Part shown: positions 1 through 8,396 of the stretch, in pieces
Layout of the letters: each line of letters begins with the position of its first letter
How positions within the stretch are numbered: the stretch's first letter is position 1
Assembly: GCA_028716245.1 (NCBI GenBank)
Contig: JAQUQW010000002.1
Coordinates: forward strand, 293,346-357,345
Length of the DNA stretch: 64,000 bases
DNA from: Candidatus Omnitrophota bacterium
GTDB taxonomy: Bacteria; Omnitrophota; Gorgyraeia; Gygaellales; Profunditerraquicolaceae
Direction: 5' to 3'
Notes under the pieces: generated by a model
What the model saw: only the letters and a program-made list of their open reading frames with translations
Told to the model about the DNA's origin: nothing
Database searches by the model: none
Translations under genes and position numbers: made by a program

Positions 1-35
1 GGTATTGATCCCTAAAATACTACAGCCATATTTAA

Positions 36-752
36 ATGGCCAAAAAAGAATTTCCTGAAAAGTTAGCGTCGAAAGGCAAAGAAGGCCCCGCGCAAAATGA
101 TTTTGGCGGCGGGCTTTCCGGAGATTTTTCCAGCAAGATATCCGGGTTATCCAGTAAGCTTTTTGGGTTAGTTAAAGTTATTTTAGCAGTGCTTATCCTG
201 CCGTTTGTTTATTCATCCGTTGTGTCTTTCCTGAATGAATTCGCGCAGGTGGATAAATACCTGCAGCAGATTTTCTGGAATGGGACAATTACTTTTTTAG
301 CGGTCTATTTATTTATCTGGGAGCCGGTAATAATTTATAATAAAGGGCATAAGCTTTTAGAGATCATGTTTAGTTTCTTTAAGCCGATGGTCAATGTGGC
401 GCCGTTTTTATTGCCCATCTACACTATTTTGTTTTTTATTCTTTATGGCCTGTTATCGCTAGGAATTAAGGACAACTGGCTGATTGAATACGCGCTTTTC
501 TTGATTGGATTCAGTTCGATTTTACATTTAACTTTTTCGGCCAAGACTATTCGTTCTAAAAAAGGGGATTTCTTAAAGGCAAATTACATTTTCGGTTTTT
601 CATTTATTTTTATCCTAAATATCACTTTGCTTGCCTTTGGCTTTAGCCTTATTTTTTCTAAGTTTTCATTCGTTAATTTCTGCAACATCTCCTTTGAGAT
701 AGCCAAGAGTATATTTTACGCTGTTTTTAAGCAGCTTTTCTTGTTTAAATAA
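36..752 (+). CDS. multi-pass membrane protein, function unknown
   Basis: ORF of 238 aa with several hydrophobic helices; no recognisable catalytic motif. Confidence 0.5.
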   Translation: MAKKEFPEKLASKGKEGPAQNDFGGGLSGDFSSKISGLSSKLFGLVKVILAVLILPFVYSSVVSFLNEFAQVDKYLQQIFWNGTITFLAVYLFIWEPVIIYNKGHKLLEIMFSFFKPMVNVAPFLLPIYTILFFILYGLLSLGIKDNWLIEYALFLIGFSSILHLTFSAKTIRSKKGDFLKANYIFGFSFIFILNITLLAFGFSLIFSKFSFVNFCNISFEIAKSIFYAVFKQLFLFK

Positions 753-754
753 TT

Positions 755-841
755 GGTGGGGTGGCTGAGTGGTCGATAGCGGCGGTCTTGAAAACCGTTG
801 TGGGCGTAAGTCCACCCAGAGTTCGAATCTCTGCCCCACCG
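755..841 (+). tRNA. tRNA-Ser (anticodon TGA)
   Basis: Cloverleaf read by hand: acceptor GGTGGGG/CCCCACC, anticodon loop cTTGAaa, long variable arm, T-loop GGTTCGAATC. Confidence 0.8.
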
Positions 842-853
842 AATAAAAATTTT

Positions 854-942
854 GGAGGCGTCGCATAGCTGGTTTATTGCGCTGGTCTCGAAAACCGGTT
901 GGGCGAAAGCCCTCGGAGGTTCGAATCCTCCCGCCTCCGCCA
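854..942 (+). tRNA. tRNA-Ser (anticodon CGA), encoded CCA
   Basis: acceptor GGAGGCG/CGCCTCC, anticodon loop cTCGAaa, long variable arm, T-loop GGTTCGAATCC, 3' CCA present. Confidence 0.8.
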
Positions 943-965
943 ACTAATGTTATGGATCATCAAGG

Positions 966-1304
966 ATGAGAAGAATGCGTTATATACTGATTATTAGTAT
1001 TTTAGCTTCTTTACTCTTGGCACCGATTTGTGGATTTAAGGCTCAAGCCGAAGAAGGGTTATTTTCTTTAACCAAAGATGTAAATTATGATATTACTGTT
1101 CAGCTTTCTCAGGGGATAGTTTCAAAGATAAAGAATGTCCGCGTCCTTGGTACAGTTGAAATAGCAGGCAAGGTATTTCTTGTAGCTGAGCTTCAAAATG
1201 AGGTTAAGGCAGCAAAAAGTCTTATTGTTTTAGATAGTATTAAGACAATCGTGCCGAGCAACACAGCACATGAAACGCTTATTTCGGATAGTTCTCTTAA
1301 GTAA
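966..1304 (+). CDS. small secreted protein, hypothetical
   Basis: 112 aa ORF with N-terminal signal-like hydrophobic segment. Confidence 0.45.
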   Translation: MRRMRYILIISILASLLLAPICGFKAQAEEGLFSLTKDVNYDITVQLSQGIVSKIKNVRVLGTVEIAGKVFLVAELQNEVKAAKSLIVLDSIKTIVPSNTAHETLISDSSLK

Positions 1305-1331
1305 TATTTTAATTTAGGTTCAATAAATTTT

Positions 1332-1416
1332 GGAGAGGTGGCAGAGTGGTCGAATGCGCGCGCTTGGAGAGCGCGTGACTCGCAAGGGTCCCAGGGTTCG
1401 AATCCCTGCCTCTCCG
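1332..1416 (+). tRNA. tRNA-Ser (anticodon GGA)
   Basis: acceptor GGAGAGG/CCTCTCC, anticodon stem CGCGC/GCGCG with loop tTGGAga, long variable arm, T-loop GGTTCGAATCC. Confidence 0.8.
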
Positions 1417-1460
1417 ATAACTTTCTCTTGTTGGTAATTTTCTCCTCAGATACTAATAGC

Positions 1461-2477
1461 ATGTTAAACGGCCCGACAAGAGCCATAGCGGGCTTAAATT
1501 TAATGATAAAAACAGGAGCCAATCCAATAAATAAATATTTGGTTTTTCCTCATGTGTTTATCACGTGTTTAATTTTTGGTTTTCTACATTTAGCTGAGGC
1601 CGGACCGCAAGCCTCGCCAAATACACAGCCAGGGCAGGAAGTAGAATATAGCCAGAATTTGAAGCAAGGAATAACTAAAGAGAGCCGCGAAGAGGAAAAC
1701 CTTCCTCTGGCCGCCGATTCTTATTTCCGTTTTATGCCCTCTTCGGGAGCAATAGCGCAGTCAGGCAGTATCAGTTTAGACAGGTTTGCCTCTGAATTTA
1801 GTTATGATGTAAAAGCATCCAATGGACTCCCCGTTGAATTCATAGTTTCCTTATCCCAAATCGATATAAATAATTCTACCATAATCAAGTTTCCGGCTCA
1901 TCTAACCGCTTTCTCGTTTCAGGCGGCAACCACACTGCCATTTTTCAATTTCTATAAAACTTATTTACGCCTTGAGCTTGAGCCATCATGGTATACGGCC
2001 AATTGGAATTTCCGCGGCTCGTCTTTTACGGTGCCCTCCCGCGTAATCCTGATATGGCAGCGTAACGATAAATTTACATTAGTCACGGGGGTATCCGAAT
2101 ATCCGGATAACAATACGCCGGTATTACCGATCTTAGGGTTCATTTATGCCCCTGATGACAAATTAACCTTTAACATAATACCTCTCAAGCCCAATATTAC
2201 CTATAAACTTTCCGATAAGTGGAGTATTTTTGCGGAAGGAGGCGTTACTTTCGAAGAATATTTCTTAAAGAATAAAAGAGAGGGGAAGGTGATATTGGAG
2301 TATCACGCAGGTTCCTTGGGCTCGGGGTTGAAATATACGTTCAATAAATTCATCCAGGCCTCTTTTTCGACAGGCGCGCTATTCCAACGTTATCTCGGTT
2401 ACGATCCGGATAAAGTCGGCAAAGTTAACCTTAAGAACGGCTTATACACGGAATTCCGGCTTCAGATGAATATTTAA
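1461..2477 (+). CDS. secreted beta-rich protein, possibly outer-membrane barrel; hypothetical
   Basis: The ORF-track start at 1338 lies inside the tRNA, so the start was moved to an internal Met (1461 or 1503). Signal-peptide-like N-terminus and an alternating hydrophobic pattern. Confidence 0.4.
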   Translation: MLNGPTRAIAGLNLMIKTGANPINKYLVFPHVFITCLIFGFLHLAEAGPQASPNTQPGQEVEYSQNLKQGITKESREEENLPLAADSYFRFMPSSGAIAQSGSISLDRFASEFSYDVKASNGLPVEFIVSLSQIDINNSTIIKFPAHLTAFSFQAATTLPFFNFYKTYLRLELEPSWYTANWNFRGSSFTVPSRVILIWQRNDKFTLVTGVSEYPDNNTPVLPILGFIYAPDDKLTFNIIPLKPNITYKLSDKWSIFAEGGVTFEEYFLKNKREGKVILEYHAGSLGSGLKYTFNKFIQASFSTGALFQRYLGYDPDKVGKVNLKNGLYTEFRLQMNI

Positions 2478-2497
2478 ACACCCCGATGAAACTTGAA

Positions 2498-2580
2498 AAG
2501 ACTGTACGATTTCTGTATACCAAATGAGTTGCATTAACATAAGCTGTTGATTATAATTACCTTGTGAGCGTCGGAGTTTA
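2498..2580 (+). promoter_or_regulatory. promoter cassette copy 1: direct repeats CTGTACGATT/CTGTATACCA, -35 TTGCAT (2529-2534), 17-nt spacer, -10 TATAAT (2552-2557), short leader CCTTGTGAGCGTCGG
   Basis: About 85% identical to the copy at 3376..3460; near-consensus sigma70 elements with correct spacing directly upstream of the ATG at 2580. Confidence 0.6.
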
Positions 2581-3349
2581 TGAAGAAAATTAAAATAGCT
2601 GCATTAGCGATTTTTAGTATTGTATTAATTTTATCCGTAAATAAAGCCTATGCCGGTCTGGATAAAAAACGTAATGAGGCAGGTCTTGTGTATTGGCATG
2701 GTGACATAAACCAGCCCAAGATCGCTTTAACCTTTGACGATGGGCCAAATGAGCCCTATACATCAGAAATCTTAGACATATTGAAGAAGCATGGTATTAA
2801 ACAACATTTTTTGTATTAGGGAAGAATGTTGAGCGTTATCCGGATATTGCGAAAAAGATTGTTGCAGAAGGCCATGTAATTGGAAATCACACCTACGACC
2901 ATCCTTACTTGTTGATCCAATCTAAGGCGCATATCAGATATGAAATTGAGAAAGCAGAACAGGCTATTTTTAAGGCTACACATACCAAGCCGCATTTGTT
3001 TAGGCCGCCTTATGGAGTAACGGATAACTGGATATATCATACCGTTAAAGAGCATGGTTATGTTACAGTCGAATGGTCAGTGACTGGTAACAATGGAGGT
3101 AAAGAAATACGTACCGATGCTATTGAGAAAGATGTTTTGAGCAGAGTAACAAACGGAGCAATTATACTTCTTCACGATGGAGACAGGCTTATCAAAGGAG
3201 CTAATCGCAGGAATATTGTAAGGGCCCTGCCGGTTATTATCGAATCTTTACAGCAGAAAGGGTACCAGCTTGTTACGGTACCACAGCTATTAGGTATTAA
3301 AAATATCAATGAGGCTAAATCTCCTGTAATGGAAACACCTCACCAGTAA
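2580..3349 (+). pseudogene. polysaccharide deacetylase (NodB/CE4 family) carrying a -1 frameshift near 2799-2803
   Basis: ORF 2580..2819 gives the TFDDGP motif and ends HGIKQHFLY*. The next frame continues TTFFVLGKNVERYPD..HVIGNHTYDHP..RPPYG (ORF 2909..3349 and its upstream extension). A single-base deletion joins them into one CE4 protein. Confidence 0.75.
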
Positions 3350-3375
3350 ACCCGTCGATAGGACGATGGTTAACG

Positions 3376-3460
3376 AAAACTGTACGATTACTGTATACCA
3401 AATAGGTTGCATTAAGATAACTTCTTAATTATAATAGCCTTGTGAGCGTCGGGGGTTTAT
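3376..3460 (+). promoter_or_regulatory. promoter cassette copy 2 (-35 TTGCAT 3407-3412, -10 TATAAT 3430-3435)
   Basis: Paralogous to 2498..2580; followed at 3464-3478 by CCCTGCCTCTCCGAT, identical to the 3' end of tRNA-Ser(GGA) at 1404-1418. Confidence 0.6.
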
Positions 3461-3530
3461 TTCCCTGCCTCTCCGATTTTTTCTTGCGGAGTAGCAAGAT
3501 CAATTCTATTTAAATCACAGAAAGGATAGC

Positions 3531-4397
3531 TTGATGTTTAGGAAGCTAGCCCAAACAGGCATTATAAACGCGTGCAGTAAAAATAACCTTATAATCATAG
3601 TGTTGACTATAATTGCGATCATAGCTATGTTAAAAGTAGTCGTTCTTTTAACTGAAGAGAGAGGTTTATATCAACCTGATAAGGAAGTGGATATCAGTCC
3701 TCAATCTATTGGCCTTGTTTATGATGATGTTTATTTTGAAACAGAAGACGGGGAGACATTAAATGGTTGGTTTGTGCCTGCAAAAGATACAAAAATTACT
3801 ATTTTATTCTGTGCTGGCCGCGGAGGCAATCTGTCAGATAGGCTGCAAAGGATAAAGTTTTTTAACGAGATGGGCTTAAATATATTTACCTTTGATTATA
3901 GAGGATTTGGAAACAGCTCAGGAAAACCAGGCGAACAGGGTTTGTACAGGGATGTACGGGCAGCTTACAATTACCTAGTGAAAAGGAAAGATATTAATAA
4001 GGACAAAATTGTGGTTTATGGTAAATCATTAGGCGGGCCGGTTGCCGCGGATTTATGCCTGCATTTTAAGCTCTCGGCTTTGATCCTGGAAGCCGCTTTT
4101 CCATCACTTAAGGAATATGTAGGAGACATAGGCGGGATCTTGCCGACAGAATGGTTAGTTTCTGAAAAGTTCGATTCATTATCAAGGGTTAAGAATATAC
4201 ATATACCAAAGCTTTTTGTCCAGGGGATGGATGATGAAATTATAAGTTTTTCCGAAGGGCGCCGTATTTTTAATAAAGCCGCGCCTCCTAAAGAGTTTGT
4301 TCCTTTTGACGGCCATCATGATGACAATATGTTCACTGTCTCTGATGCCTACAAAGAGAAGATTATGAAGTTTCTGCTTAACAACAATATATTATAA
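3531..4397 (+). CDS. alpha/beta hydrolase (BEM46/S9-like), N-terminal membrane anchor
   Basis: GKSLGG nucleophile elbow (GxSxG), downstream Asp and His; 288 aa. Confidence 0.7.
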   Translation: MMFRKLAQTGIINACSKNNLIIIVLTIIAIIAMLKVVVLLTEERGLYQPDKEVDISPQSIGLVYDDVYFETEDGETLNGWFVPAKDTKITILFCAGRGGNLSDRLQRIKFFNEMGLNIFTFDYRGFGNSSGKPGEQGLYRDVRAAYNYLVKRKDINKDKIVVYGKSLGGPVAADLCLHFKLSALILEAAFPSLKEYVGDIGGILPTEWLVSEKFDSLSRVKNIHIPKLFVQGMDDEIISFSEGRRIFNKAAPPKEFVPFDGHHDDNMFTVSDAYKEKIMKFLLNNNIL

Positions 4398-4470
4398 AGA
4401 TTCATTCAAATACCGCATTAAATTTGCCCATCCAAGTGAAAAGCATCATATTTTGTTGTATTGACGCCGG

Positions 4471-4839
4471 TTAGTTCTGTTCTTGTCCCGGGATATATTT
4501 TTTAATTATTCTATCCATTTCGTCTAAATCTATAGGTTTAATAAGGTAATCGCTTGCCCCCAGCGCCCGCGCTTCGTTCTGGTTTGAGTTATCATCTCTT
4601 CCGCTGATCATTATGGCTTTTATGCCGATATTTATTTCTTTCATCTTCCTCAAGAGGTCAAGCCCGTTTATATCCGGCATTTTAATATCCAGAAAAACCC
4701 ATTCAGGTTTATGACGGTTAAATAACTCAAGCGCTTCTTGGCCGCAAGTTGCCTTTTCTACGTTTAGGCCAAGCCGTTTAAGAAAAATACTAAAGAAATT
4801 AACAACCTCAATTTCATTATCGACTACGAGGACATTCAT
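4471..4839 (-). CDS. response regulator, receiver domain only (CheY-like)
   Basis: MNVLVVDNE..DIKMPDINGLDL..: acidic pocket, phospho-acceptor Asp and conserved Lys; no output domain. Confidence 0.8.
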   Translation of the reverse strand: MNVLVVDNEIEVVNFFSIFLKRLGLNVEKATCGQEALELFNRHKPEWVFLDIKMPDINGLDLLRKMKEINIGIKAIMISGRDDNSNQNEARALGASDYLIKPIDLDEMDRIIKKYIPGQEQN

Positions 4840-4901
4840 ATCTACCTCCTGGTCTACGAAGACAACACCCGCGCAATTCCGCTAAGCGCGGGGTGTCTCA
4901 C
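4840..4901 (-). promoter_or_regulatory. palindromic leader element copy A, in the HK-RR intergenic region upstream of the RR start
   Basis: Minus strand reads ACACCCCGCGCttagcggaattGCGCGGGTGTtgtcttcgtagaccAGGAGGtagatATG; same architecture as the purU and clpC leaders. Confidence 0.6.
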
Positions 4902-7082
4902 CTATTGTTTTTTTGGTAATTCTATAATAAAAGAAGTCCCTTCCATATAGTTTGAAGTAAACCGGATTTTGCCTCTGTGGTTTTCTTCTATAATCCTCTT
5001 TACCACATATACTCCTATGCCTGAGCCGGATTTATAGGAAGTTTTGGTGGTAAAGAAAGGGGCAAATATCTTAGGTTTATCCTCTGCTTTTATGCCTATG
5101 CCGTTATCCGATATTTTTATTATTTGTTGGCCTTGCGTATGCGTTAAGCTTAATCCTATGGCCGGGACAAAGGATCCCGGCTCTTTTTTTGCGCCAATCT
5201 GCATTTTTCTTTCTTCGATGGCTTCATAGGCGTTGTCCAGCAGATTATAAATGACTTCGGTTAATTGCGACTTGATTCCGTATATTGCCTCTTCATTATC
5301 AATTTTTACAGTAAGGGGGAGGGAGGCGGTTTCGTGTTTAAACATTAATAGGTCAGAGGAAAGCTTTACGGCTTCTTTCAGGGAAAAGACGGTGAAGAGA
5401 TTTTCTTTATTTTCTACTTTGGCAAAGTCAAGGATCCCTTTGATAATAGCGTCAGTCCTTTTTACGTTATCCAGGATGGTAGCGGCTATCTCATTCAGGT
5501 ATTTAAATGTTTTATTTAGTTCCGGGTTGTGGTTAACCAGCTTATCGTTTTTTTCTATAAAGTTTCTTACCTCAATTTTTAATTCCCCGCCTGTCAAGGA
5601 AAACAGGTTAAGCCTGTTTTTGATCTGGTGGGCAATGCCGTCAGCCATGCCTCCGATTGAAGCAAGCTTTTCGGCGGCGAACATCCTTTGCTGCGAGTCT
5701 TTTGATTCTTCGAAGAATATGCAATTTTCAATTGCCAGCGCTACCTGCCGCGAAAGAATTTTAAAAACATTAATATCTTCATTAGAATAAGGATGGGTGT
5801 TTGTTTTCTCACCCAGAAATACAAAACCAAAAAGCTCTTCCCCGATTAACACGGGGATAACTATTTTGGTTTTAGAAAGTATATTTGAAGAATTTTTTAT
5901 TTGTTCGGGAGCATTTTCAAAGAAAAAGTTTCCGCGGTTTTCCTTTAGATAACGGATAAAAGGATCATCTATATCAAAACTTTTAACGCATTCTCCGATA
6001 TTAGATTCTCCGCGTATTGATTTTAGTTGATACAAATTGTTTTTCTTATCTTTAATAAAGATCGCGGAGAAATTAATCCGGATTGTATTTTTTAAGATAT
6101 AAACAATAAGTCTTGATAATTTTTTTAGGTCATGTTCGGTAACCATGCCAACCGCGGCCCGCAAAAGTATCCTTTGATAACGGCGTTGTTGAGCTAAAAT
6201 AGCCGATTCGGCTTTCATCTGCAGGAAACGGTAGACCAGCGGTCCTATTGTTGCGAAAATAACCGCAAGGGAAGTGGCGAGTAATCCCGAACCCGTGCGC
6301 TTAAGCACGATAAACGGTATGCCTAGAACAATAGTGTAGACCGCAAGAAATATGCCTGCGCGGGTAAAGACAATTCTTATGTCCATAAGGTGATAACGGA
6401 TAATTGCATAACTCATCAAAAAAGAAAAAATAAGTACTGGAATAAAGCCAAAGGGGTATATCTCTAATCCATAGCAAGGCAGCCAATCTGTTGCCCCCAG
6501 ATAAGCAACAAGTGTCGCAATGAGGACTATTTTATATTGCCTCTTTTTCAGTCCAGCCGCTTTTTTATAAAGATTAATATAGTTTATTAAAGTTGCAATA
6601 AGGGGAATAATCCAATAAATTATAAATATATTTCCACCAATACCATTTTTAAAATAGCGTCCCCAGAAATAATGGTGAACTCCCGATAAAATATAATTGT
6701 ATTTTAAATTAGTTAAATAAAATATCAAACTGATTATAGCGCCAAGGATTACATATTTTCTTTGTTTATTGAGTAATTCTTTGTCATGGCATAAACTAAG
6801 CCAATAATTAGCGATTGAAATAAAACACACGCCCAGGAATTCAAATTTATTATACAACTCTATTACTATCCAATCATATTTTGACATATACGTAAGGCCA
6901 TTGCCAAACAGCCAAAAATTTGCCAGAATTATCCATATTGAAAAAGATATATTTAAGCGTACCTTGTTTTTTAAGCCGACAAATAACCCCAAGAAAATGG
7001 ATATTACACCACTGAGAAAAACAGGTATCGCATAAGGATTCCAAAAGTAATTCTGCGGGTTAAACATCTCTTTTAGCATCAA
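4902..7082 (-). CDS. sensor histidine kinase: N-terminal multi-TM sensor, GAF domain, HisKA, HATPase_c
   Basis: About 8 N-terminal TM helices; H-box GIAHQIKNRL; HATPase motifs DNGIGI and GSGIGV. Confidence 0.8.
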   Translation of the reverse strand: MMLKEMFNPQNYFWNPYAIPVFLSGVISIFLGLFVGLKNKVRLNISFSIWIILANFWLFGNGLTYMSKYDWIVIELYNKFEFLGVCFISIANYWLSLCHDKELLNKQRKYVILGAIISLIFYLTNLKYNYILSGVHHYFWGRYFKNGIGGNIFIIYWIIPLIATLINYINLYKKAAGLKKRQYKIVLIATLVAYLGATDWLPCYGLEIYPFGFIPVLIFSFLMSYAIIRYHLMDIRIVFTRAGIFLAVYTIVLGIPFIVLKRTGSGLLATSLAVIFATIGPLVYRFLQMKAESAILAQQRRYQRILLRAAVGMVTEHDLKKLSRLIVYILKNTIRINFSAIFIKDKKNNLYQLKSIRGESNIGECVKSFDIDDPFIRYLKENRGNFFFENAPEQIKNSSNILSKTKIVIPVLIGEELFGFVFLGEKTNTHPYSNEDINVFKILSRQVALAIENCIFFEESKDSQQRMFAAEKLASIGGMADGIAHQIKNRLNLFSLTGGELKIEVRNFIEKNDKLVNHNPELNKTFKYLNEIAATILDNVKRTDAIIKGILDFAKVENKENLFTVFSLKEAVKLSSDLLMFKHETASLPLTVKIDNEEAIYGIKSQLTEVIYNLLDNAYEAIEERKMQIGAKKEPGSFVPAIGLSLTHTQGQQIIKISDNGIGIKAEDKPKIFAPFFTTKTSYKSGSGIGVYVVKRIIEENHRGKIRFTSNYMEGTSFIIELPKKQ

Positions 7083-8379
7083 GGGTTCTCACCGTTAATT
7101 TTTTGGTATGCATAGTCGAAAGATACATTCTAATTAGAGACAAAAACGATTCTTTATCTTTGAGCACCAATCCTGCATATAGCGCTACTTTTGTAACGGA
7201 TCTGCAATATAAATGCGAAGAATTATTACCTATTGCGCAGGGTGTGCGTATATTCCCGTCGTTACGCATATGCAGGCAATATGTTTTCCGGGTTTTGTTA
7301 AAAACATTCATTGGGCAATTTTCAGCCAGCTCTTCTCCGTATTTTGTTCGCAACAATTCTATCATAAGTTTGCTATTACAAATAAAGTTTCCATATTTTT
7401 TCTTTAAACCTAATAATAAAGATACTGTTTTTTCTCTTTGCTCATCGTTCAAAATAAGATAGGAAGATTTTCCTTTGATAGGGGTATACATTGTAAAGAC
7501 TACGCCGTCAATTTTTGTTTTGCTCCATTCTTCCAAAAATTCTGAAATACAACCGGTATTTATAGCATTCAAGCAATATATAATAGCTGTTGATATTCTT
7601 TTCTCTGTCGCAGAAAATGCATTTTTCTTAATTTTATCATATACTCCTGCGCCTCTTAGTTTATCATTTATTTCTTTAGTGCCATCCACAGATATGGCAA
7701 CTTGGACGTTATTGCCAAGAACTGGGATCGGAAACGTGCCGTTAGTTATAACTAAGTTGTTTTTTTTAAAGTTAACTCCCCGTTTTAATAATTCAATTAT
7801 TTCTTCTTTGGCAAAAGGTTCCCCTCCAAACCATGTTATGTTTGTAATGCCGGGGTATTTGTTAAGGACATTTTTAACCGAATCTAAGATGTTTGTGTTT
7901 ACCGTTGTCGGTAACTGTTCGTCATATGAATCCCAAAAGCAGTGTTTGCATCTTAAATTGCACGTATTTGTAATATCAACTGACAAAGCGCGGGGATGTA
8001 AGTCTTCTATTAGCTTTGAGGAAAGAGGTATGGATGAAGTGTCGAAAGGTTGGCAGATTGCGTTAACTTTAATTTCTAATAAGGCCTTCTGTAAGATTTC
8101 TGATGTTTTTTCATCTAACTTTGTAAAACAAGCACCATAAATGAATCTGTTTTCTTTACGCTTATCCCAAATAGTATTTATTTCTATATCTATTATATCG
8201 CCAAAAGGAAATTCTATTCTAATTCCCATCTTTGATAGTAGTAAAGGTTTTTCTGATAAGAAACTTATGCCTGTTTCGTTTAGGTTAATAGTTTCTCCAG
8301 AAACTTCCGAAGCAATTCTTACCGGTAATACGGAATTGTATCTTGTAGATTTTCTTTTTTCTATGGTAAGGTCATTCAC
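7060..8379 (-). CDS. PilZ-like domain fused to a radical SAM enzyme (possible SPASM/twitch-like C-terminal Cys cluster)
   Basis: N-terminus EKRKSTRYNSVLPVRI (RxxxR) and NLNETGISF (D/NxSxxG-like). Then CNLRCKHC (CX3CX2C) and FGGEPF. C-terminus has CPMN..C..C..C. Confidence 0.6.
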   Translation of the reverse strand: MNDLTIEKRKSTRYNSVLPVRIASEVSGETINLNETGISFLSEKPLLLSKMGIRIEFPFGDIIDIEINTIWDKRKENRFIYGACFTKLDEKTSEILQKALLEIKVNAICQPFDTSSIPLSSKLIEDLHPRALSVDITNTCNLRCKHCFWDSYDEQLPTTVNTNILDSVKNVLNKYPGITNITWFGGEPFAKEEIIELLKRGVNFKKNNLVITNGTFPIPVLGNNVQVAISVDGTKEINDKLRGAGVYDKIKKNAFSATEKRISTAIIYCLNAINTGCISEFLEEWSKTKIDGVVFTMYTPIKGKSSYLILNDEQREKTVSLLLGLKKKYGNFICNSKLMIELLRTKYGEELAENCPMNVFNKTRKTYCLHMRNDGNIRTPCAIGNNSSHLYCRSVTKVALYAGLVLKDKESFLSLIRMYLSTMHTKKLTVRTLDAKRDV

Positions 8380-8396
8380 TTTAAGCGCATTTCTTT

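Noticed and set aside
3464-3478. The 15-nt tRNA-Ser 3'-end repeat as a chance match
   Set aside because: Not rejected outright. It is kept as a finding but flagged, because 15 nt can recur by chance and no integrase is present.
5251-5790. 179-aa ORF antisense inside the histidine kinase gene, with similar antisense ORFs inside clpC (44572..45126, 45400..45738), radA, dnaX and others
   Set aside because: These are fully embedded opposite confident conserved genes and low-complexity in composition, so they are typical spurious six-frame ORFs.
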